DNA of 64,000 nucleotides from an uncultured virus (IMG/VR IMGVR_UViG_3300035208_003226) (IMGVR_UViG_3300035208_003226), one strand, 5' to 3'; shown: positions 49,294 to 58,756, numbered from the stretch's first letter. The notes: generated from the letters alone by a model not told the origin. A program made the numbers and translations.

Positions 49294-51242
49294 TAAATAT
49301 ATCCTATTCTTAATGGATAATTACCACTAACTTGTGCTCCAGAAATTATAAAAACAATATCTCCACTTGCTAAAAATGGTGTCATATAAGACAATCTTCC
49401 TATTCTTGGTAAATTTGATAAAATTGTATATCCTTCGCTATCTCTTACTTCAAAATTATAAGAGCTTCCTGCACTTCCAATAATACTTATCCAATTTATT
49501 TCATTATTTAATGTGACTACATGAGAACCAATATAAATATTTGCTGCTCCACCAGATACAATTAAACTTCCTGTATATGTTAATGGAGTTTTATTTACAT
49601 GAAACGGAGATACTCCTTGCATTATACTTCCAACTCCAATTGGATTATAAGTTTGGATACTTCCACCTTTAATCCACTGTTCGCTTCCAGTAGTTAAACT
49701 TACTTCAACATTTGGTATCGACCAAATACTTCCTGCTATTTGAACTGTATTAGTAACATCTATAAAAGATGTTCCAGAATACAAATGTATCGAGCCACCT
49801 TTTATCCATTGTTCAGAACCAGCATTTGCTGTAACTGATGGCATACTCCAAATTGACCCTGCTGTTTGAACAACATTTGCAACATCAATATATGAAGTTC
49901 CCGAATAAAGATGAATACTTCCACCCTTAATATAAGTCTCACTACCAGTGCTTACACTTATGTCTGGCATTGACCATATTGAACCTGCCATTTGCCATGG
50001 TGTTGTAATTTGAACTACTTGTGCTCTAACACTTCCTATCATATCAGAAAAATAAGTTCCACTAACTCCAACAATTGGCATATTAACAATTGACCCTGCT
50101 ACTCTATTTGGAATATCTATATAACTTGTTCCTGAATATAAATGTATAGAACCTCCTTTAATCCAGCTTTCACTTCCTGCAGACACACTAACACTTGGCA
50201 TACTCCATATAGAACCAGCAACTTGAGAAACGCCATCTAAACTTCCACCTTTAATATAAAACTCGCTTCCTACAGAAACATTAATAGAAGGCATATAAAC
50301 AATGCTTCCTGCAACCATATTATAAACCTCAACACTTCCTGCTTTAATATAACTCTCACTTCCAACACTTACAGAAATACTTGGCATAGACCAAATACTA
50401 CCTACACAACCAGTCCAACTACCAATAGTTTCTGGACTTCTTATTCCTACTGTTCCACTAACAAGAACATTGCCACTAACAACCCAAGGATTTGTAATTT
50501 GAACATTCTGACTTCTAACTGAACCAATCATATTTTGGAAATATGTTCCTGATACTCCAACAACATCTGGTAAATTTACTATACTTCCTGCAACTCTATT
50601 ACTAACTTCAATAATTCCACTAACGCCATATACATCGCCTTGATAAGCTTTACTTCCTTCATATAAATTTGTAACTACAACTGATGAACCTAAATCGCCA
50701 AAGTTCATAATATAATTTTCTGAACCAGTAGATACATTAATCGCAGGCATTGCTGTTATTGTAACACTACCCAATATATTACTAAATGCTGTTCCTGAAA
50801 CTCCTACATTTCCGTCAATAGTCTGTATCGAATAACTACCAATAGTCGAAGGACTATCAATTGTAATGTTTGGCATATTAACAATACTACCTGCTATACG
50901 AGTTGTTATATCAACTATTCCTGATACACCAAATCTTTCTCCTTGCCAAACTTTACTACCAAGATATTGATTTGTAGCATAAATACTTCCTACTCCATAA
51001 ACACTTATTGACCCACCCTTTATATAACTCTCCGAACCTGCACTAACACTAACTGCTGGCATAGAAACAATTGAGCCAGCTACTATATCATAAACAGAAA
51101 CCGAACCACCTTTAATATAAGTTTCACTTCCTGCTGCAATTGATACACTACCAATAGTAACTCCAGCAATATTAATACTACCGTCAGAATTAACAATCAT
51201 TCCATATTGCGTTCCGCTTGCACTTATAATCTGCTCTGCCAT
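49293..51242 (-). CDS. GS-rich repetitive virion fibre-like protein
   Basis: About 8 copies of AGSIWSMP.VSV..GSE.(Y/W)IKGGSI. Confidence 0.75.
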   Translation of the reverse strand: MAEQIISASGTQYGMIVNSDGSINIAGVTIGSVSIAAGSETYIKGGSVSVYDIVAGSIVSMPAVSVSAGSESYIKGGSISVYGVGSIYATNQYLGSKVWQGERFGVSGIVDITTRIAGSIVNMPNITIDSPSTIGSYSIQTIDGNVGVSGTAFSNILGSVTITAMPAINVSTGSENYIMNFGDLGSSVVVTNLYEGSKAYQGDVYGVSGIIEVSNRVAGSIVNLPDVVGVSGTYFQNMIGSVRSQNVQITNPWVVSGNVLVSGTVGIRSPETIGSWTGCVGSIWSMPSISVSVGSESYIKAGSVEVYNMVAGSIVYMPSINVSVGSEFYIKGGSLDGVSQVAGSIWSMPSVSVSAGSESWIKGGSIHLYSGTSYIDIPNRVAGSIVNMPIVGVSGTYFSDMIGSVRAQVVQITTPWQMAGSIWSMPDISVSTGSETYIKGGSIHLYSGTSYIDVANVVQTAGSIWSMPSVTANAGSEQWIKGGSIHLYSGTSFIDVTNTVQIAGSIWSIPNVEVSLTTGSEQWIKGGSIQTYNPIGVGSIMQGVSPFHVNKTPLTYTGSLIVSGGAANIYIGSHVVTLNNEINWISIIGSAGSSYNFEVRDSEGYTILSNLPRIGRLSYMTPFLASGDIVFIISGAQVSGNYPLRIGYI

Positions 51243-51491
51243 TTATTCGTTCTCCTTTAATTTATTATTTAACATCATTATCTCTCCAAGTAATAACCAA
51301 AGCAAATAATTTGTAACACTTGCATCGCCATAATAAAAATTTGGTTTAACTAAATTCTTATCATTAACTTGTTCTCCAATCAATTGCATATCATCCATAA
51401 ATTTTTGAATATTCAAATCGGTTCTATCTATAACTTCTTCTTGCATATTTTCTACTTCATCTACAGTTTCTATTTCTTTTATTTCTTCCAT
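51243..51491 (-). CDS. Hypothetical protein
   Basis: 82-aa ORF. Confidence 0.6.
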   Translation of the reverse strand: MEEIKEIETVDEVENMQEEVIDRTDLNIQKFMDDMQLIGEQVNDKNLVKPNFYYGDASVTNYLLWLLLGEIMMLNNKLKENE

Positions 51492-51492
51492 T

Positions 51493-51531
51493 TTACTTTC
51501 CTTTTCCCTTTTTTCCGCCTTTACATCCCAT
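51493..51531 (-). CDS. Basic micropeptide MGCKGGKKGKGK
   Basis: GGAGG RBS; fills the gap between two genes. Confidence 0.45.
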   Translation of the reverse strand: MGCKGGKKGKGK

Positions 51532-51867
51532 TTAACTTAAACCTCCCTCATTAATATTTATAAACTCTCCATGTTGCTTTTGTCTTCTTGTGCTTGCACG
51601 AAATCCTCTTCTTGTTAATTTTTCCTTATCTTTATGACATTCTATATCTGCTCTTGTTCCTTGTAATTCGTTTTCTGAACCTTGTCTTAATACTTCTTGC
51701 GGACCTTTAACTACCAAATTTCCATTTCCATCTTCATAACTTCCCACAACTACTACATCTTCTTGGTCTAATGCTAAGTTTCCTGAATTGCATTCGTGAA
51801 CATAATCTGTTATTCCAAATCCAATAATATACCTTTCATGACAACGAGGACAATATTTAATTACCAT
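51532..51867 (-). CDS. Zn-binding hypothetical protein
   Basis: CPRC...HEC. Confidence 0.65.
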   Translation of the reverse strand: MVIKYCPRCHERYIIGFGITDYVHECNSGNLALDQEDVVVVGSYEDGNGNLVVKGPQEVLRQGSENELQGTRADIECHKDKEKLTRRGFRASTRRQKQHGEFININEGGLS

Positions 51868-52009
51868 TTAATTCCTCCACTTCTTTATTCTTTTCTTTAT
51901 TTTGTTTTTCCATTATTTTTAAATAACAATATCCACAAATCCACTTTTCACCATAAAGTAATAATGCTCTTTTATCACATCCTTTAACTTCACATTTAAT
52001 TTCCTGCAT
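51857..52009 (-). CDS. Small Zn-finger protein
   Basis: CEVKGC...ICGYC; ATG 52009 avoids overlap with the portal. Confidence 0.55.
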   Translation of the reverse strand: MQEIKCEVKGCDKRALLLYGEKWICGYCYLKIMEKQNKEKNKEVEELNGN

Positions 52010-52037
52010 TTGGTAATATATAAACCTCTTTTTGCAT

Positions 52038-54242
52038 TTATTTAACCTCCACAACAGGGACATATGTGCATCTACACATTGGATGTAAAGGCATTTGTTC
52101 TTCGCTACCAATATCAAATATACGTCCATGTAAAGATTCACAATCAGGACAAGTTCTTTCTCCATAACTTGCAACCCATTCTACTTTATTAATTCCGTTT
52201 TCTTTATAATAATCAAGAGCACCCATATTTGCCAATCTTGTAATCTCACTTCTTACAATTGTCACACTTCTGTTTTCTTTTGACTTTTGTAATATTGGCA
52301 AACCACTAACACCTTTTTTAATATCTCCTTCTTCAGTCATTCTATATAAATCTTTTAATTGTAATTTCTTATCAACCTCATCTGCAATATCTTTTATACT
52401 TGCCCCATTTTTAAATCCTTTTTCTAATATCGCTTTTAATTCTGTTATTTGTGTGTCAGATAAATATCCTGCTAATCTTTCTGTTTCATTACTTGCTCTA
52501 ATTAATCCAAAATCATAATTTTCTATATTTGCTAAAATAAACTTTATATAATCTTTATATTTGAATCCCAACCATTCTTCAATATCGTTAACATCATTAA
52601 AACTTTCTTGGCAATGTGGACATTCTTTTTCATATTCATAATTATGTTTCATATGTTTAAACATTGCCATTCGTGTTAATGCCTTTTTTGCTTCATCTTC
52701 ACTATCATAAGTTCCCAACACCTTTCCTGTTTGATGACTTATCACTTGCCATTTACTACCTGCTTTTCTAACAAATTCTTTTAGCTCATCAACATTATCA
52801 ATATCCGTGCTTTCTTTTTTTAAAACCTTTTTACTTGGCACTATATTTTTCTTAACTATTTTTTTTACTTTCTTTTTTTCTAACTTTACAGGTTCGTTTT
52901 TAACAACTGGTTTTTGCGGTATATGAGCATTTTGTCCAGGAACAACTGGTTGTGATAACGCTTCTTCTCTTTTTCTTAATTCTTCTTGCTCCGCCTTTAA
53001 TTCTTCCCATTTATCTTTATCTAACTTCATTATATTAATTAATTCATCTTCCAATATTTCTTTAATTGCAAATCCTGCTGCAGGAGATTTAATCAAATCG
53101 CTAATCAACTTTAATCTTCCTTCAACTTCCATAACACTTGGTGTTCCCCATTCAAATTCTACATGTATATCAAATCCGTTCGCATTAAGTATTCTCTTAA
53201 AAATCTTTTCTTCAATAACTTTTTCTATTTCAGCTTGCATAGATTGTATTCTTCTTTGGAATCCTTCTAACTGAACTTTTGCAAGTCCTTCAGGAATATT
53301 AGCCATTCCCATAAGAACAGCAGGTATTTGAAAGTCGTAAATTAATTTCTCAATATCATAACGCAATATACTATCAAACTTATCACCAATTTTTCCAAAA
53401 TCAACAACACTTAAATCAACTAAATCATCTGTTGCCCAATCAGTCTTATTATCCATTGTTTCCATCTTCTGACCAAATGCAACAACATCTTCAGGTTTAG
53501 GAATAATTTTAACATTGCCATCTACCTTACCCAACTTAGCATGTAAAGGACTATTAGCTTTTCTATTTTGAATCTGATGACAATCTTTTTCATTCTGTAA
53601 TAAATGGTCTATATCTCGCATAGAACTAACACCTATTCCTATTCCATAAGCACCATCACCAACAATATTAAATGGAATATGTGCAATTTCTACTGATGTA
53701 AAAGGAACAATCTTCGTTTTATCCAACTTATTAAATGCACCTGTATATTGATTATAACCCTCAACGTTTCCTAACTTATCTCTAACCACATACATATAAT
53801 TTGCATTAAGCACCTTTAATCCATCAATACCCTTATCAACAGTTCCTCCAATCTCAAGAAATCCATTGCCTTTAACTAACGCTTCTTTACACCATTGTCT
53901 AAGCAATGTATCAAATCCGACATCTTGTATAAAATCTTCTATAATCTTTTTTGCTTGTTCATTCTCACAAACGATATAAAATCCTGGTCCAACAATATAA
54001 TCTATATACTTGTCAACAACAGCAGTAAAAAAACCAAATCTCTTATAAAGTTCTTCCATCTGTTTAAAATCGAATGGATGTTCTTCCCCTAACTCCTGTG
54101 GAAACTTAATTGTCTTTAATTCCGACTGTCCTTTAAACTGTTCTGTTAAATGTAAGAAGTTTTCTGAAAGACTCGGTTTATATTCTAAATCTACAATTCC
54201 TGTATTTTCTTTTATTATCTTATTTCTATTCCAAAATGCCAT
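52038..54242 (-). CDS. Portal protein fused to a MuF/SPP1 gp7-like head morphogenesis domain
   Basis: Portal: EALVKGNGFLE, YGIG, FQIP. MuF: IVRSEITR, RTCPDC, PLHPMCRC. Confidence 0.88.
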   Translation of the reverse strand: MAFWNRNKIIKENTGIVDLEYKPSLSENFLHLTEQFKGQSELKTIKFPQELGEEHPFDFKQMEELYKRFGFFTAVVDKYIDYIVGPGFYIVCENEQAKKIIEDFIQDVGFDTLLRQWCKEALVKGNGFLEIGGTVDKGIDGLKVLNANYMYVVRDKLGNVEGYNQYTGAFNKLDKTKIVPFTSVEIAHIPFNIVGDGAYGIGIGVSSMRDIDHLLQNEKDCHQIQNRKANSPLHAKLGKVDGNVKIIPKPEDVVAFGQKMETMDNKTDWATDDLVDLSVVDFGKIGDKFDSILRYDIEKLIYDFQIPAVLMGMANIPEGLAKVQLEGFQRRIQSMQAEIEKVIEEKIFKRILNANGFDIHVEFEWGTPSVMEVEGRLKLISDLIKSPAAGFAIKEILEDELINIMKLDKDKWEELKAEQEELRKREEALSQPVVPGQNAHIPQKPVVKNEPVKLEKKKVKKIVKKNIVPSKKVLKKESTDIDNVDELKEFVRKAGSKWQVISHQTGKVLGTYDSEDEAKKALTRMAMFKHMKHNYEYEKECPHCQESFNDVNDIEEWLGFKYKDYIKFILANIENYDFGLIRASNETERLAGYLSDTQITELKAILEKGFKNGASIKDIADEVDKKLQLKDLYRMTEEGDIKKGVSGLPILQKSKENRSVTIVRSEITRLANMGALDYYKENGINKVEWVASYGERTCPDCESLHGRIFDIGSEEQMPLHPMCRCTYVPVVEVK

Positions 54243-54285
54243 TAAAAGCAATCACCTGCCAAGTTATAATATATACAATACTAAA

Positions 54286-54323
54286 TTTTATTTAAATATG
54301 TATATTTTTATATTATATAATTA
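54286..54323 (-). promoter_or_regulatory. Putative late promoter
   Basis: Same motif and spacing, upstream of the portal. Confidence 0.7.
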
Positions 54324-54605
54324 ATACTTAGAACTATTCCTAATAAAAAAGCAATACCAATGAACTATTCCAATTATAAATATAACACTTAAACTAACTG
54401 CCCAAGCATTATTTTCTTCTTTTTCTCTATATTCATCTGTGACTGTTAAATTATTATAATACAAAACCATTTGAGCATTACCATTCTGACAATTTCCAAT
54501 ACAAATTCCTTGTGGAACTCCATTATGTAAATGATAAACCTCATGAAGAGCAAAAAGCAAAAAAATATACCCAAATACCACAAGCACTTTTCCTATAATT
54601 GTCAT
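54321..54605 (-). CDS. Small membrane protein with HExxH motif
   Basis: TM, HEVYH, EE..AW, TM. Confidence 0.6.
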   Translation of the reverse strand: MTIIGKVLVVFGYIFLLFALHEVYHLHNGVPQGICIGNCQNGNAQMVLYYNNLTVTDEYREKEENNAWAVSLSVIFIIGIVHWYCFFIRNSSKY

Positions 54606-54799
54606 TATTCAAATACCTCTTTCAATACATCTTCTTTCGCTTTCTTAACTCTTGGAATATTAACTAATAAATTGCTTATATCTTCGTTTGTTTGTTCTTG
54701 TTTCTCCATCCACTTCTTTCTACAATCTGGACACAATCCAGTAGTACAATCTATAGTATCTTCATTTCCACATTCTTCACATTCACTTACTATTTCCAT
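54605..54799 (-). CDS. Small Zn-finger protein
   Basis: CEEC...CPDC; own promoter at 54821-54840. Confidence 0.6.
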   Translation of the reverse strand: MEIVSECEECGNEDTIDCTTGLCPDCRKKWMEKQEQTNEDISNLLVNIPRVKKAKEDVLKEVFE

Positions 54800-54820
54800 A
54801 ATATATACAATATATATTAG

Positions 54821-54840
54821 TATTTAAATCTTTTGGTTTC
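54821..54840 (-). promoter_or_regulatory. Archaeal BRE-TATA promoter
   Basis: GAAACCAAAAGATTTAAATA. Confidence 0.65.
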
Positions 54841-54894
54841 TAAAAATCGATAATTATATAATCAAAACCTTTATAAAGCCATTTTTAACCCAAA

Positions 54895-56184
54895 TTAAGC
54901 TAACATCGGTCTATAATTACCCTCATCTTTACATGCCCAACATGCCAATGCTAATGCATCTGGATAATCATCGTGCCCTCTCTCACTATGATGTAACTTC
55001 ATTCCACCACTACTCGTCAACTCATATCTTAAATCCAACAACTGATAAACCAACTTTCTATGATTCGGAAACTTAATCTTTCCCTGCTCCATCAACTTCT
55101 TCAAATTACTATAAATATCCATCTTACTCTGCAAAGTAAATACCAATGCATCAACCCTATAATCATCATGTCCATCACCACCCAAACTCTCAGCCAACCA
55201 ATCGCTTGGTCCACTTCCCATACCCGTTTTATCCAATAATATCTTATTATATCCATACTTCTCATCTAACTCTACACATTTTCCTACAACCTCTCTCGGC
55301 TTATTCTTTTCGTAATTGCTAATATCAACCACTCTAAATTCGCCACCACAACTCAACAAACTTATAAAAACGCTTTCATCCTCGCCTTCACCAGCAATAT
55401 CAACCCCCAATCCATAATCGTGTTTTGGTATCTTCGCTTCAGGAAGATTATACTCTTCAATACAATTCTGTATAACCTCATACTTGAAATAACAATCTGC
55501 ATCTTCTATAAACTTCGCTTCATATTCTGTTGCAAATTCCATCTCAGTCAAATTCTTTCTCTGCTCTTCAATAAACTCTTTTGTTATCTGTCCACAAGCA
55601 ACTGGAAATGTCCAATCATAATCAAATAACTTATATTGTGTTTCCGAACCATGAGCACTTTCCCAAAAATGATTCTTTCCTTTGCCTGTTCCAATTTTTA
55701 TAATCTGCCCATCTGTTGATGCTATCATCGGCATTATAACCTCGTTAACAATACTGTCCTTAATTCCTTCTGCTTCTTCTAACACCACAGTCTTTCCTGT
55801 GAATCCTCTTATTGTATCTCCATTTGGTCCAACTGGTAATGATAATATTCTGCTACCATTTTCAAAAACCATTTCAGTTTGTGTAGATATTTTTATAAAT
55901 CTCGCAAATATTTTCGAATTGCTAACTAAATTTCTAATCTTACTATACAATTCAGAACTCTGTTTTTGTGTAGGAGCAAAAATCAAAAATGTATAATTAC
56001 TTTCTGTAAGGCATTTATAAACCGCATAAGCACTTACACTTGTAGACTTACCACTCTGTCTGCACCAAACTCCAACAACTCTTTTGTTCTTACAACATTC
56101 TTTGAGAAAATCTTGTTGATATTTATAAGGATAAAAATTAAAAAAACACTCAACAAAATCTATTATCTCATTTTCATCTTCCAT
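54895..56184 (-). CDS. terL: Terminase large subunit
   Basis: YQ, RQSGKS, IRG, VLEEA, TGKGKN, GVDIA, HDDYPDALAL. Confidence 0.95.
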   Translation of the reverse strand: MEDENEIIDFVECFFNFYPYKYQQDFLKECCKNKRVVGVWCRQSGKSTSVSAYAVYKCLTESNYTFLIFAPTQKQSSELYSKIRNLVSNSKIFARFIKISTQTEMVFENGSRILSLPVGPNGDTIRGFTGKTVVLEEAEGIKDSIVNEVIMPMIASTDGQIIKIGTGKGKNHFWESAHGSETQYKLFDYDWTFPVACGQITKEFIEEQRKNLTEMEFATEYEAKFIEDADCYFKYEVIQNCIEEYNLPEAKIPKHDYGLGVDIAGEGEDESVFISLLSCGGEFRVVDISNYEKNKPREVVGKCVELDEKYGYNKILLDKTGMGSGPSDWLAESLGGDGHDDYRVDALVFTLQSKMDIYSNLKKLMEQGKIKFPNHRKLVYQLLDLRYELTSSGGMKLHHSERGHDDYPDALALACWACKDEGNYRPMLA

Positions 56185-56272
56185 AATTCACTCTTACTTC
56201 TTTTTTTGTTTTTTCAGTTTTGACTTAATCTTTTTCTTTTTTTCTACCATTTAATTTCCCTCCCATTTATTA

Positions 56273-56521
56273 TTACCATTCGCCGTATTCTCCATAATCG
56301 TCTTCCTCTTTATTGTGTGCCTCTTTATGGCACGTTGAACATAACGGAATAACATCTTCATATAGCACCTCGAATCCTAAATTCTCGTAACTCAAATGAT
56401 GCAACTCTGTTGCTTTCTCACCGCAATTAAAACATTCCCAATTTGCTTCATCCATCATCTCCTTTCTTCTTTCTCGCCAGTCTTCCGAACAAATATATAA
56501 AATATATTCATCTTTTTCCAA
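56273..56521 (-). CDS. Small HNH endonuclease (terminase-associated type)
   Basis: W...R, CFNC, HHLSY, LCSTCH. Confidence 0.82.
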   Translation of the reverse strand: MEKDEYILYICSEDWRERRKEMMDEANWECFNCGEKATELHHLSYENLGFEVLYEDVIPLCSTCHKEAHNKEEDDYGEYGEW

Positions 56522-57098
56522 ATTTGTTCCTCCAATAATCTCTATTAAAATTTGTTTTATTATGACAACTTTTACATAATGTTATTAAATTTTCTGGACT
56601 GCAATTTTTCTTATTATAATCTATATGGTGAACACACCATCCATATTTAGAACATATTTGACAAATATATTTGTCTCTTTCTCTAATACTTCTTTTAAGT
56701 GTTTTTGTCCAATCTACTGAATATATTTCTTTACTAATTCCGCCTTTCCAATTATAATGTTCAATACCTTTTTTAATTCTTTTTTCAATAGTTTCTTTAG
56801 ATTGTTTTTTTCCTATATGAGATAATTTCATTTTATTTATACTTTCTAAACTTCTTTTTTTACCTTTATTTTTTAAACTTATTTTTTGTTTAGTTTTATC
56901 AGTATGTTTATATCCTTTTCTTTTTTTATGTTTATCGCTATTACTTTTTTTTCCTTCTTCTGAAAAATGATAAGTTCCTTTCTTACCTTTATTCCATGGT
57001 ATATTTCCTTTTTTAAAAGGTTTTATTTTTCCTTCTTTAATTCTTAATTTAACAGTATCTCTAATTTTTTCGTTTCGTATTTTACTATACTTTCTCAT
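56508..57098 (-). CDS. Free-standing NUMOD3-HNH homing endonuclease
   Basis: HTDKTKQKIS repeats; RDKYICQIC, HHIDYNK, NLITLCKSC; paralog of 12891..13499. Confidence 0.85.
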   Translation of the reverse strand: MRKYSKIRNEKIRDTVKLRIKEGKIKPFKKGNIPWNKGKKGTYHFSEEGKKSNSDKHKKRKGYKHTDKTKQKISLKNKGKKRSLESINKMKLSHIGKKQSKETIEKRIKKGIEHYNWKGGISKEIYSVDWTKTLKRSIRERDKYICQICSKYGWCVHHIDYNKKNCSPENLITLCKSCHNKTNFNRDYWRNKFGKR

Positions 57099-57103
57099 AT
57101 TAT

Positions 57104-57508
57104 TTATTTAATTTGCACTGGTTCAATATCGTAAACTTTATCTCTCACCTTTTTATTTTGCCATCTGTTTATAATATCCTGCAATTCCATATCAATATTA
57201 ACATTAAGACTTTTTTGTGTTACTGGATAATACTTCTCCTTAAACAAAAGCAACTTATTAAGCATCGTATTCATATCTCGTATTGTTTCCTGTTTTAATC
57301 TTCCGGGTTTGCCTTCTTCTATCTTCTTATCGTCCATCAATATCTTTTTGTATATCGTCAGCATCTCATCAATGAACTCAGCAATTTTTTCGTCTGTCCA
57401 AATTCTTGGTTTTGTTTTATTTATTGCCCAACCTCTACTACGATATTCTGCATCAACTTCTTTTGGACGAGTTCCAAATCCATAATTTTTTATATTAGGA
57501 TTAGACAT
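57104..57508 (-). CDS. Putative terminase small subunit
   Basis: Position upstream of terL; helical, with a C-terminal LNVNID strand. Confidence 0.5.
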   Translation of the reverse strand: MSNPNIKNYGFGTRPKEVDAEYRSRGWAINKTKPRIWTDEKIAEFIDEMLTIYKKILMDDKKIEEGKPGRLKQETIRDMNTMLNKLLLFKEKYYPVTQKSLNVNIDMELQDIINRWQNKKVRDKVYDIEPVQIK

Positions 57509-57561
57509 TATAAAATATATATATGATATATAAAAATAATTTAAATTATATTATATAATCT

Positions 57562-58020
57562 TTATTTCTTAACCTCGTTTCGTTTATTATAATCTGCTGT
57601 CGATAAAAACACAGATATTCCATGTCCTCTCTCTTTACATTTGTAACTTAATGTGTGTCCTGAAATAACTTGTGTTCTGCTTCCCTCAATTACCTTATCC
57701 ATATAATTCTCTTGGTCTTCAATCAACACAAATCTGTTCGCATCTCCATATTTTCCTAAATCGCCAATATCAACTTTCAAATCTTTTTGGACAAATCCAT
57801 AAATTCTTTGACTTTCTTTCTCAGCTTTTTCAACCTTATCCTGAAAATCTAATCTTGCACATGGTTCGTCAAAAGGCAATCCTTTCTTTAAAAACTCTTG
57901 TCCTTTCTCAGCCAACTTTTCATTAAACAAATCGTAAATTGTTCTTGTTCCTAAAAGAACAAAATCTTTTTTCTCTGCATCTGTCTGTGTTCTTTCAATC
58001 TCTACTAATTCTCCTGCCAT
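57562..58020 (-). CDS. Hypothetical protein
   Basis: 152 aa, TGAAAGGAGG RBS. Confidence 0.7.
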   Translation of the reverse strand: MAGELVEIERTQTDAEKKDFVLLGTRTIYDLFNEKLAEKGQEFLKKGLPFDEPCARLDFQDKVEKAEKESQRIYGFVQKDLKVDIGDLGKYGDANRFVLIEDQENYMDKVIEGSRTQVISGHTLSYKCKERGHGISVFLSTADYNKRNEVKK

Positions 58021-58094
58021 ATATCTCCTCCTTTCAACATCTTTTTATTAATCGCAATACTAATCATAAAATCATATAAATTATATAATCAATA

Positions 58095-58406
58095 TTATTC
58101 AACACAAGCTTCGCCAATCTCACCATCTTTAACTTCTGAAACATTCTTAATCTCAACCCCTTCTGCAATCTGAGCTCCCAACTCCTTAATAACCACTTCA
58201 TTCAAACTCAACTCATTCAAAATGTCTTTTAACACCTGTTGATACTCATCTTTGGTTTTTATAAAATTCTGTTCTAATCCTTCTGAAAGCATCAATTCAT
58301 TATATCTTTCTTGAAAACCTAACAACTTATTTCTTTTAACCAATCTTTCTATCTGTTTTGTTGAAATATCAATCTCTTCCTTAGTTAAAGGTCTCTTATT
58401 ACTCAT
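58095..58406 (-). CDS. Coiled-coil hypothetical protein
   Basis: 103-aa ORF. Confidence 0.6.
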   Translation of the reverse strand: MSNKRPLTKEEIDISTKQIERLVKRNKLLGFQERYNELMLSEGLEQNFIKTKDEYQQVLKDILNELSLNEVVIKELGAQIAEGVEIKNVSEVKDGEIGEACVE

Positions 58407-58755
58407 CCTCTTTTTCCTCCTTTTCGCTTGTATCTTGAACTATTCCCAAACTACTCATAAATTCTGGGGTCATCTCACCTTCTAAAACGTCGTTTTTCTC
58501 AAATTTCATACGTGTAAACCTATCGTTTCTAACACTATCTTTTTTTTCTGATATAATATTACATTTAATTTTTTCTTCCTTAATTTTTGATGTTTTTCCC
58601 TTATCAATTTTTCCAAATCTAAAAGTCTTTAATGGACAATCAACCTCACAATCAACCCAGCTTGTTTTATCTCCAGCACAACATTGCTCTTTACAATATT
58701 CTTTAATCGCTTTTAAAGGCGATTTCTTTTCTTTTACTCTTTTTTCTTTTGCCAT
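58399..58755 (-). CDS. Cys-cluster phage-type protein
   Basis: AIKEYC..CC...C..DCPL..FR. Confidence 0.65.
   Translation of the reverse strand: MAKEKRVKEKKSPLKAIKEYCKEQCCAGDKTSWVDCEVDCPLKTFRFGKIDKGKTSKIKEEKIKCNIISEKKDSVRNDRFTRMKFEKNDVLEGEMTPEFMSSLGIVQDTSEKEEKEDE
58481..58540 (-). repeat. Dispersed 60-bp element, copy C (inside a CDS)
   Basis: 44/60 identical to copy A by hand. Confidence 0.7.
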
Positions 58756-58756
58756 T

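Noticed and set aside
3348..58034. Recurrent TGAAAGGAGG as a novel repeat
   Set aside because: Sits just upstream of start codons in the copies I checked; a strong Shine-Dalgarno sequence
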